DNA of 46,934 nt from a bacterium (GTDB lineage Bacteria > UBA9089 > CG2-30-40-21 > SBAY01), in assembly GCA_040757115.1 (NCBI GenBank), contig JBFLYA010000004.1, positions 1 through 46,934 of the forward strand, given 5' to 3'. Each line of letters begins with the position of its first letter. The first letter of the stretch is position 1. This document shows positions 1 through 7,797 of the stretch, piece after piece. Below the pieces are notes generated by a model that was not told where the DNA came from, did not search any database, and was given only the letters and a program-made list of their open reading frames with translations. The position numbers were made by a program, and so were the translations under genes.

Positions 1-52
1 TTATCTCCTTATCCCCTTTCTTACACTTTTGATATATAGCCTGAACGGTTAC
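1..52 (-). mobile_element. End of a GTAA-ended MITE (IS66-type termini), cut by the window edge
   Basis: Bases 1-52 are the exact reverse complement of 44487-44538 (GTAACCGTTCAGGCTATATATC...). Confidence 0.85.
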
Positions 53-105
53 AATTTTATTATACTAAACATTTTATCTGCTGTCAAGTTATATTTGAAT
101 TTTTG

Positions 106-2505
106 TTACTGAAGTGCCATTAAACTGCTTCTTGCGGGTTGATAAGTTGGGTCTATGGAAAGCACCTTTTGAAAGGCAGAAATTGCCTCAACTCTATTTC
201 CTGATTGTGAATAAGCCACACCCAAATTATAAATGGCGGCAATATTTTGTGGGGATAAGACAATTGCCTTTTGAAAACAAGCCACCGCCTCATTGTGCAT
301 TCCTTTAGAAATATAGGCACTGCCAAGATTTACAAGGATAAAATCACGCTCTGGGTCTAACTCAACCGCTTTTTTATATTCTGAAATTGCCTCATCAACC
401 TTGCCGAGCTTTTGATAGACAAGCCCTAATCCATAATAACCTTTAGCATCTCTTTTATCAATCGCAATTATCTTATTAAATTGTGAAATAGCCTTCTGCG
501 ACTTGCCCAAATCATTATAAACCATACCCAAATTATAATAACTCATCAATCGTTTTGGGTCGGCAAAAAGGGCTTCTTGATATTCGGCAATCGCTTGTGG
601 ATATTTACCCATATCCTTGAAAAACCCGCCACGATTGTTATATGCGGTTGCATAATTAGAGATGTTACTTTCTACCCGCTCTTCTTTATATATCTTTTTG
701 TCAAGTATGCCTCGATACCTGAATCGTAAATCTTCATCAATTGCACTTAACTGTTCTTTTAGAGGTGTCCCCTTTTTAAAGACTCGATGACAGATACTGG
801 TTGGAACCAGGGTGTAATCCCTGGCAATGTCCTCATCATAAGGCAAATAAATAGCTCGATGTTGGTTCTTCTCGAAAATAGCATCAAACCGTGTCTTGAT
901 AATTTGTGCCGCCTCATTAGTTAATCTCTTGACTCTGTTCTGCGGCTTAAATTCAAAATTTAATTCTTTCTTAATCTGATTAGCATACCAATCAAGGTAT
1001 AGCGAGTGCTGGTCAATAAGTGTAATATCTTTGCGGATATTTTCGACATAATGAAGATACCATAATGGAAAGGCAAAGGTATCACCTTTGATGTAAAGGA
1101 TTGATTTTTCTTCTAGAGGAAATAAGATATTCATTCCATAATCATAAGAATAATAATTTTTGCGATGGTCTCCATAATAATGATTACAAGCCCAGGAAAT
1201 AACCGGGATAAGGGAAATAAACAGGGTCAGACCTTGATTGTAGAATGCAGGTAATCTGCATTCTACAATCAAGGTCTGACCCCATTTTACCCCGTAGCCC
1301 ATAAATATACTGAAAATAATATAAGCCGGGATATAATAATCTTCTATGTTGTGAATACCATATCGACTGGAATGAAGGATATCGGCGAGGATGATTAAGG
1401 TCAAGAAAATGAAGATTTTTAGCCTTTGTTTATATAAGAAAAACAATCCGATAAATCCAATCCAGATAAGATATGGAGTAAACTGCTGGATGAAAAATAC
1501 AGGATGTTGGACAAATATCCGTTTAAGCAAGGTTGGAAGTGAGGTAGCGAAATAAGTGCCATATTCCTTAGCCGTGATGTGGTCCAGGAATCTTTCAAGA
1601 TTATCCGGACAACCCCAGTTGATAATTGGATGAGCAGAGGCTCGAATAGGCAGATAGGCATATAAAATAATAATTGGCAGGAAAAACAAAATAGCCATTT
1701 TAAGTAGAGAGTTAAGACTTAAGAGTTTAGGGTTTGGACGCCAAATTATGATGATAAGAAATATCGCCGCAGGAACTAAAAATATCGTTTGGAGATGGTG
1801 GGTGAAAGATAGACCAAGGATGAAAGAGAATAGGTAGAGATAGTTTTGAGTTTTGAGTTTTGAGTTTTGAGTTTTTTCTCCGTGCTTCGTGCTCATTGCT
1901 TCAGCCCACTTTAGGATGATGAAAATCAGGAGTGTTGCAAACAAGGCATTTAGTGTATATTTTTCAGCAATGACTGCCTGTTGCCAGAATACCCGTGCAA
2001 AACAAAGCATCAATGCCGCAACTACAGCAGGTAAAATAGGTGAGAAGTGAGAAGTAAAAAGTAAGAACTTACCATCTTGTTTCCTACTTCCTACTTCCCA
2101 TTTCCTACTTCCCACTTTTAATGTGATAAAATAGACCATCATTACCGCTAAACTCGCTGATGTAGCAGAAAATAAATTATAGCGATAGGCAATATTCCCA
2201 AGTGGGATAAAACTAAAAAGCTTACCTAATAAACAATATAGTGGATAACCAGGTGGGTGAGGAATACCAAGGACAAAAGAGGCACTGATCATATCACCAG
2301 AATCATGCAGGTCAATGCTCGGGGTTAAGGTATGAAGATAGACAAAAAAGGCAAAGAAAAAGACACCAATGCCTATCAAGTAGTCATAGAGCGTAAAAAC
2401 TCCTGGTGTGATTTCTTCAGTCTCTGGCTTTATAAAATTTAAAAATTTATTCTGCTTAGCATGAATTGGTGTTTTTGTTTTCTTGTCTTTCTTTTTCTTT
2501 CCCAT
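106..2505 (-). CDS. DUF2723 / TMEM260-like GT-C membrane glycosyltransferase with C-terminal TPR repeats
   Basis: DSGD...LGIPHPPGYPLY motif, many TM helices, GDT-FPLWY motif and several TPRs. ATG at 2505 is preferred because the TTG at 2544 is part of the -35 box. Confidence 0.88.
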   Translation of the reverse strand: MGKKKKDKKTKTPIHAKQNKFLNFIKPETEEITPGVFTLYDYLIGIGVFFFAFFVYLHTLTPSIDLHDSGDMISASFVLGIPHPPGYPLYCLLGKLFSFIPLGNIAYRYNLFSATSASLAVMMVYFITLKVGSRKWEVGSRKQDGKFLLFTSHFSPILPAVVAALMLCFARVFWQQAVIAEKYTLNALFATLLIFIILKWAEAMSTKHGEKTQNSKLKTQNYLYLFSFILGLSFTHHLQTIFLVPAAIFLIIIIWRPNPKLLSLNSLLKMAILFFLPIIILYAYLPIRASAHPIINWGCPDNLERFLDHITAKEYGTYFATSLPTLLKRIFVQHPVFFIQQFTPYLIWIGFIGLFFLYKQRLKIFIFLTLIILADILHSSRYGIHNIEDYYIPAYIIFSIFMGYGVKWGQTLIVECRLPAFYNQGLTLFISLIPVISWACNHYYGDHRKNYYSYDYGMNILFPLEEKSILYIKGDTFAFPLWYLHYVENIRKDITLIDQHSLYLDWYANQIKKELNFEFKPQNRVKRLTNEAAQIIKTRFDAIFEKNQHRAIYLPYDEDIARDYTLVPTSICHRVFKKGTPLKEQLSAIDEDLRFRYRGILDKKIYKEERVESNISNYATAYNNRGGFFKDMGKYPQAIAEYQEALFADPKRLMSYYNLGMVYNDLGKSQKAISQFNKIIAIDKRDAKGYYGLGLVYQKLGKVDEAISEYKKAVELDPERDFILVNLGSAYISKGMHNEAVACFQKAIVLSPQNIAAIYNLGVAYSQSGNRVEAISAFQKVLSIDPTYQPARSSLMALQ
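1224..1282. repeat. Perfect 27-bp inverted repeat (REP-like) inside the CDS
   Basis: GGGTCAGACCTTGATTGTAGAATGCAG, 5-nt loop GTAAT, CTGCATTCTACAATCAAGGTCTGACCC. Confidence 0.9.
1842..1875. repeat. Heptamer tandem repeat (AGTTTTG)n in the CDS
   Basis: Four full units plus a partial unit; encodes KTQNSKLKTQN. Confidence 0.85.
2040..2115. repeat. Imperfect hairpin of heptamer repeats in the CDS
   Basis: GTGAGAA-like units face CCTACTT-like units; encodes VGSRKWEVGSRKQDGKFLLFTSHFS. Confidence 0.7.
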
Positions 2506-2515
2506 CTTAATTAGT

Positions 2516-2544
2516 ATTATATCCCAAAAGTGTATTTTTGTCAA
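2516..2544 (-). promoter_or_regulatory. sigma70-type promoter of the DUF2723 gene
   Basis: TTGACA-N17-TATAAT, 10 nt upstream of the ATG. Confidence 0.8.
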
Positions 2545-2709
2545 ACTTTTTATCTCTACAATGGAGTTAAATTCTAATTGAAATTGGCTCTTCTATCAGT
2601 TTAACAGTGCTTTCTGTAAAGCGATAATAAATCTGTGGACTACTTCAGAATCAAATTTACTACTAAAGAAAAAAAGGAAGACTTTTTTCGTAGAGAAGAG
2701 ATGATAACC

Positions 2710-2757
2710 TAACTATATGTGAATCATATAGTTACAGAATTTGGCTTATGCTCTGCT
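2710..2757 (+). promoter_or_regulatory. Candidate sigma54 promoter with an upstream IHF-like palindrome
   Basis: TTGGCTTATGCTCTGCT (GG-N10-GC) at 2741-2757, preceded by TAACTATATG-N5-CATATAGTTA at 2710-2734. Confidence 0.5.
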
Positions 2758-2789
2758 ATAGTTTTTTTAAAAAAATTAAAAACTTTTAG

Positions 2790-2818
2790 TTGACACATTC
2801 AAGGCTATATGATAAAAT
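2790..2818 (+). promoter_or_regulatory. sigma70-type promoter
   Basis: TTGACA-N17-TAAAAT. Confidence 0.65.
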
Positions 2819-3192
2819 AAAAATTTAAAGACTCACACCATAGTAAGCTTTAACAATAGAAGGTAAATATGGGTAGTCAATTATTCTATCTTTCTTTCCA
2901 TCCTTGCAAAATAATCGTTTTGGATACAGTTCAATAAATTGCTTATTTGTTGTAAGAAAATAGTTAGTATGATTTTTGCTACTTTTAATTTTTAGAAGAG
3001 AGATAATATACCTGTAAAAAATAGATTAAGGAAGCGTAGTGAGAAGTAGAATGAGGGATTTTACTCTATGTGGGGAAGAAAGATAAGTGTTTAATAAGTG
3101 AATATGTCTAAATAAGAGACATTGTATCCTGTTATCCTGCTCAAGAAAAGATGAAAAGGTGCCGATAAATATATTAAGGAATAAATAAGATA

Positions 3193-3675
3193 ATGAATAA
3201 TAAGGGGTTCCCATTTAATATTGTGTGTGACAAATTAGATAGTTTTTTACCAGGAAGAGACCTTTCTGATATTGAGTCAGCTATTGAAAAAATCCGAAAA
3301 GAAAGAAATCTTCCAGTTTCTGTTTTTGCCTCTGAGGCTCTCCTAAATGGATTAGTCGAGCATAAGAGCCCATATCAACTCACGGAGGAAGCACATCAGT
3401 TAATAAGAGACTTCAAAGGGAAATTTACTCCTGAGTTCATTGAGAATCAGATTATGCATAGTCTAAGAGGGAAGTTCCCTCTTCTATATCACAAACTTCT
3501 TTCCAAAATGATGTCTACTTTTTGGACACTTATCGATGAAAAAGTTTTTATAAAAGAAACTATTGAGGAAAAAGCATCTGAGAAACTAATTAGACCTGCC
3601 ACCTTCCTATTCCTCCTGGTCATTTACGGAGTGATAAAAGCAACTGAGGAGCGATTTATTGTTTGGGTAAAATAA
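3193..3675 (+). CDS. Hypothetical, probably helical protein
   Basis: 160-aa ORF closely followed by the next gene; no motif recognised. Confidence 0.65.
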   Translation: MNNKGFPFNIVCDKLDSFLPGRDLSDIESAIEKIRKERNLPVSVFASEALLNGLVEHKSPYQLTEEAHQLIRDFKGKFTPEFIENQIMHSLRGKFPLLYHKLLSKMMSTFWTLIDEKVFIKETIEEKASEKLIRPATFLFLLVIYGVIKATEERFIVWVK

Positions 3676-3722
3676 GTCTGCCGTATCGACAAACCAGGAT
3701 TGAAAAGAATAAAGGGAAAAAT

Positions 3723-4622
3723 ATGGAAGACCTAAATGAATGGAGTATTAGACTCCTTTTTTCAGTATTTAAAAATGGAATGAGTAATACAGTTAGTGCA
3801 GTTCTAGAAAAAATAGAATCAGCATTTAGATTAGATGAAAACGATGATAAAGATAAAATTTCAATGATAGAAAAAGAACCGGATAACTTTAAAAATGAAC
3901 TATTGAATCGCCTAACGAGGTATAAAACAATAGCAATAAGATCTCCTATTCCAATTATTCCATTAGTGAAATATGCAACTGAGGTTATAGAAGAAGTAGA
4001 AAAGAAAGAAAGGATGGATGTGAGAGAATTTTTAAATTTTATGAGCGATAAGTGTGCCTCCTTAAGGCAAGATATGGAGACGAAAAGGAAGAACGCTATT
4101 GAATGGGCAGGAAGTCTGGTAGAAAGAGGAGTAGTATTTCTGAGTGGAGAAGAAAGTGATTTCCCAACGAAAATTATAGAAAAATCAAGAAAAAGTTGGC
4201 ATAGCACACGAATTATATTTCCTATTCATCGAGAAGGAGAAGACTCTATTCCCTTTAAATTGAAAGGCGAGCGATATGAGGAAGAGTATGAACCAAAAAG
4301 AGAAATAGATTCTGATATAGACAGACTTAATGAAATTATTATCGCACCTATAGTTAAACATGTTATTACAGAGGCTTATATAGGGAGTAAAGAAGGAGGT
4401 GTACTCTGTATCTATGGTATGAAGAAGATAGCATCTATGATAAATGAAAGGGAAATTCCTTTCTATATTTTAGAGGATTCTTTTTCTAATGATTACCGTG
4501 AAGATATTTTAAAGAATATGGTTGAAGAATTTCCTGTAATGAGAAAATTTTGTGATTTTCTTCCTTCAGAATACATTACGGGAATAATTAATGAGAATGG
4601 CATTAAAACTCTGAGATTTTAA
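3723..4622 (+). CDS. Divergent eIF-2B alpha/beta/delta (IF-2B / MtnA / R15P isomerase) superfamily protein
   Basis: C-terminal CDFLPSEYITGIINENG resembles FDxTPxxLITxIITExG. VITEAYIGSKEGGVLCIYG...EIPFYIL resembles VxVGADxxxxxGxxxNKxG...xVPFYV. Helical N-terminal domain. Alternative start is TTG 3663. Confidence 0.62.
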   Translation: MEDLNEWSIRLLFSVFKNGMSNTVSAVLEKIESAFRLDENDDKDKISMIEKEPDNFKNELLNRLTRYKTIAIRSPIPIIPLVKYATEVIEEVEKKERMDVREFLNFMSDKCASLRQDMETKRKNAIEWAGSLVERGVVFLSGEESDFPTKIIEKSRKSWHSTRIIFPIHREGEDSIPFKLKGERYEEEYEPKREIDSDIDRLNEIIIAPIVKHVITEAYIGSKEGGVLCIYGMKKIASMINEREIPFYILEDSFSNDYREDILKNMVEEFPVMRKFCDFLPSEYITGIINENGIKTLRF

Positions 4623-4688
4623 AAGAGAAACAAGAAAAACTCATTTACCCAGCTTATAAATTTTTCCTCTTCCCACCTGGTAAAATAA

Positions 4689-5795
4689 TTAGTATAGATT
4701 TCTTCTCTCGTAATAATATTGTCCACCAATCAATTGTTTTAATTCTTCAGGTCTTGGTGAGTATTTCAAAGCATCTTCATAAGTAATTAATTTATTATCA
4801 TAAAGTTCTTGTATCGACATATTCATTGTTTGCATCTTATGTTCTTTTCCTGTCTGCATACAAGTATAGATTTGTGGAAGTTTTTTGGGGTCTTCATCAC
4901 GAATTAGACTTCGGACCGCTTCTGTAGCAGATAGAACTTCGCAGGCTAATATTCTTCCCGTGCCAGAGATATGAGGTAATAATTGCTGTGAAATTACAGC
5001 CTTTAGTACAAAGGATAATTGAGTCCTTACCTGCCTTTGCTCATTTTTAGGAAATACATCAATGATACGGTTGATTGACTGGACAGCATCCGAAGTATGT
5101 AGAGTAGAAAAGACTAAGTGTCCTGTCTCAGCTATATTCAGAGTAACTCTGATAGTTTCTAAGTCACGCATCTCTCCTACCAGGACTATATCAGGGTCTT
5201 GTCGCAGTACATACTTTAGAGCATTAGTAAAAGATTTAGTATCAGCAACTATCTCCCGCTGGTGGACAATGGATTCCTTGGACCGATGAAAAAATTCTAT
5301 TGGGTCTTCAACAGTTATAATATGTTCTTTACGATTAGTATTTATATAATCAATCATAGAAGCTAATGTAGTTGTTTTTCCTGTACCAGTAGGACCTGTT
5401 ACCAAAACCAATCCAGGAGATTTAGGAGGTAGGTTTACTATGTCATTTACAATAGAAGGAAGGCGTAATCTTTCAAAATTGGGTACCTCATCTGGAATAC
5501 TTCGTAACGCAGCACATACTGTCCCTTTCTGACGAAATACATTCATCCTTATTCTAGCTGTATCTTTGACTCCAAATGATAAATCTAATTCATTATTCTC
5601 TTCAAATTTCATCTTCTGATCATCATTTAAAATAGAGTAGATAACTTGCTGAGCTCTTTCTGCACTGATTTTCTCTTCCTTCTCTACAGGAGTTAGAACA
5701 CCATCAATTCGTAGCATTGGTGGTTTTTCTATCCCAATATGTATATCAGAAGCTCCTCTATCTTTCATTAGTTGCACTAAGTGAACAATATCCAT
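4689..5795 (-). CDS. pilT: Type IV pilus retraction ATPase PilT
   Basis: GASDIHI, Walker A GPTGTGKTT, TVEDPIE Asp box, LRQDPD-VGEMRD, ETGHLVFSTLH His box and AVRSLIRD (AIRNLIRE-like). Confidence 0.93.
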   Translation of the reverse strand: MDIVHLVQLMKDRGASDIHIGIEKPPMLRIDGVLTPVEKEEKISAERAQQVIYSILNDDQKMKFEENNELDLSFGVKDTARIRMNVFRQKGTVCAALRSIPDEVPNFERLRLPSIVNDIVNLPPKSPGLVLVTGPTGTGKTTTLASMIDYINTNRKEHIITVEDPIEFFHRSKESIVHQREIVADTKSFTNALKYVLRQDPDIVLVGEMRDLETIRVTLNIAETGHLVFSTLHTSDAVQSINRIIDVFPKNEQRQVRTQLSFVLKAVISQQLLPHISGTGRILACEVLSATEAVRSLIRDEDPKKLPQIYTCMQTGKEHKMQTMNMSIQELYDNKLITYEDALKYSPRPEELKQLIGGQYYYERRNLY

Positions 5796-5831
5796 CTTAG
5801 AAAACCTCCTTCTATGTGAAATATAAAACTT

Positions 5832-6746
5832 TTAAAATAATCTCCTTTTTCCAATCTTACCAAGAATTTCTTTTATTGTCTCCCGGATATTATCAGGAGA
5901 ACCTAAGAAAACCTTAACTTGACAACCTGTTATAGTCTCAATGAGTTCAAGACTTTGGGAATCATTAGGGTCAGCTGTAACTACTGTAAGTTGATTATCT
6001 ATTTTGGCAATAGGTATTAAGCAACAGACTCTAAGAATTTCTTCAGGGATCTTCTGGACAACTTCGGTGTCAATTGTCTCTGGAATTAAGTAGATGTAAG
6101 GGACATTAAGTTGCTTACTTAATGTCCAATTTATAGACCCTTCCTCAACCCTATTATTAATTAACGCCTCTTCCAAACTTATTTTCTTTTCCTCTTGTTC
6201 TTTCAACGCATTTTCTAACTGTTTTTCTGTAATTAATCCTTCTGGAATGGCGTACTTCTTCACGCCTTCTAACAATGCCATCTCAGTTTCTAAAGACCTT
6301 CTATATTCTTTCTTCACCTCAGGAATTTCTTCCTTTGGTCTACCTAATAGTCTTTCAAGTATTAGGTTTTTATGTTCCAGAGCCTTTTCCACTTCTGAAT
6401 ATAAAATATCATTAGCACTTTCTCTCGTTTTATCAATATACTGCCAGATGCCAAATTCCATTGCTTTACGAACATTCTCTAATGAGCCATAGGCGGTTAA
6501 GACAATTATCTGTGTAAATGAGTCTTTGAGTCTAACCACTCTTACTACTTCTAATCCTCCTTCTTCATCTTCTTCCCTCAATTTCATATCAACTACCGCG
6601 ACATCAAAAGCAGGACTTTTTTCAATAATATCAATTGCCTCCTCCTTGTTATCTACTCCCTCTATTTCATACCCTTTTTCTTTACTCTTTTCAACTATTT
6701 CTTTTAATGTAGTTAATTCATCATCAACTATCAAGATTCTCGCCAT
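5832..6746 (-). CDS. Response regulator: REC fused to an MshEN / GspE-N (T2SSE N-terminal) domain, with no ATPase
   Basis: REC motifs ILIVDDE...DMKL...LTAYG...YIDK. C-terminal GLITEKQLENALKEQ...LSKQLNVPYI...IP...LTVVTADP resembles the PilB/GspE N-terminus. RBS AGGAGGA before ATG 6746. Confidence 0.85.
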   Translation of the reverse strand: MARILIVDDELTTLKEIVEKSKEKGYEIEGVDNKEEAIDIIEKSPAFDVAVVDMKLREEDEEGGLEVVRVVRLKDSFTQIIVLTAYGSLENVRKAMEFGIWQYIDKTRESANDILYSEVEKALEHKNLILERLLGRPKEEIPEVKKEYRRSLETEMALLEGVKKYAIPEGLITEKQLENALKEQEEKKISLEEALINNRVEEGSINWTLSKQLNVPYIYLIPETIDTEVVQKIPEEILRVCCLIPIAKIDNQLTVVTADPNDSQSLELIETITGCQVKVFLGSPDNIRETIKEILGKIGKRRLF

Positions 6747-6780
6747 TAATTTTTCCTCCTTTATTATTTCGGATAACTTT

Positions 6781-7797
6781 TTATTTAAAAACCTCATCTT
6801 CTAAGAGGTCTACTATTCGTGGGTCATGACATCCAAAGTATTTGGAGTCTGGATTATTTTTATCACCTTTAATCATGGATAATGCATCCTGTTTAGTTTT
6901 TGCCTCGTGATATGGCCGCTTTGAAGTTAAAGCATCAAATGCATCAGCAACAGCAATTATCCTTGCCTCTATAGAAATATTATCTCCTGTGACTTTACCA
7001 GGATACGGTCTTGGTCGTCTGTCTTGAATCCCTTCTGGAGGGTTATACCATTCATGATGTTCTCGCACTATATGAGCTATGGGTGGAAGTTCAGAAGGGG
7101 TATTTAGAATACGAAAACCTTCCTCAGGATGTACCTCTATCATTCCCCAGTCTGCGTTAGATAAGCCTATTGGTTTATGAAGTACACTTTGATTTATACC
7201 AATCTTACCAATATCATGGACCGCTGAAGCTATTTCGAGTTTGTCAATATCAACTTTCTCTTCTGGATAAGTCTTATTCCATTTTATCCCAATTTTTTTT
7301 GAATAGTTTACTACGCGTTGAGAATGGCCATGGAGATATGGGTCACTTGAATCAATAGCTACCTTTAAACATTCAATAAACCCTTTTTTAAAAGTTACTT
7401 GCTCTCTCTGTATTCCTACATAGGTTAATGCCTTTTCTACCTCAACATCCAAAGTTTGATTTGCATCATCCATATTTCTATTAATATAACCCCATAATCG
7501 TAATAATTTCATAGCCTCACAAACTTTTTCATAATCTCCGTGGGCAGTTAGAACTATTATCTCAGTCAATGTATCTTTTTCCCTAACCGCTTTTGCTACT
7601 TCCATGCCACCCTTCTCATCTCCCTCCCTCAATTTCATATCAACTACCACAACATCAAAAGCAGGACTTTTTTTAATAATATCAATTGCCTCCTCCTTGT
7701 TATCTACTCCCTCTATCTCATACCCTTTTTCTTTAAACCTCTCAACAATCTCTTTTAATGCAGTTAGGTTATCATCAACTATTAGTATCTTAGACAT
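6781..7797 (-). CDS. REC + HD-GYP response regulator (cyclic dinucleotide phosphodiesterase-like)
   Basis: HGHSQRV, HDIGK, HP, HHE and ARIIAVADAFDALTSKRPY motifs. Confidence 0.9.
   Translation of the reverse strand: MSKILIVDDNLTALKEIVERFKEKGYEIEGVDNKEEAIDIIKKSPAFDVVVVDMKLREGDEKGGMEVAKAVREKDTLTEIIVLTAHGDYEKVCEAMKLLRLWGYINRNMDDANQTLDVEVEKALTYVGIQREQVTFKKGFIECLKVAIDSSDPYLHGHSQRVVNYSKKIGIKWNKTYPEEKVDIDKLEIASAVHDIGKIGINQSVLHKPIGLSNADWGMIEVHPEEGFRILNTPSELPPIAHIVREHHEWYNPPEGIQDRRPRPYPGKVTGDNISIEARIIAVADAFDALTSKRPYHEAKTKQDALSMIKGDKNNPDSKYFGCHDPRIVDLLEDEVFK

Noticed and set aside
4689-5795. A complete type IV pilus or conjugation locus
   Set aside because: No pilin, PilB ATPase, PilC or secretin gene is present in the window.
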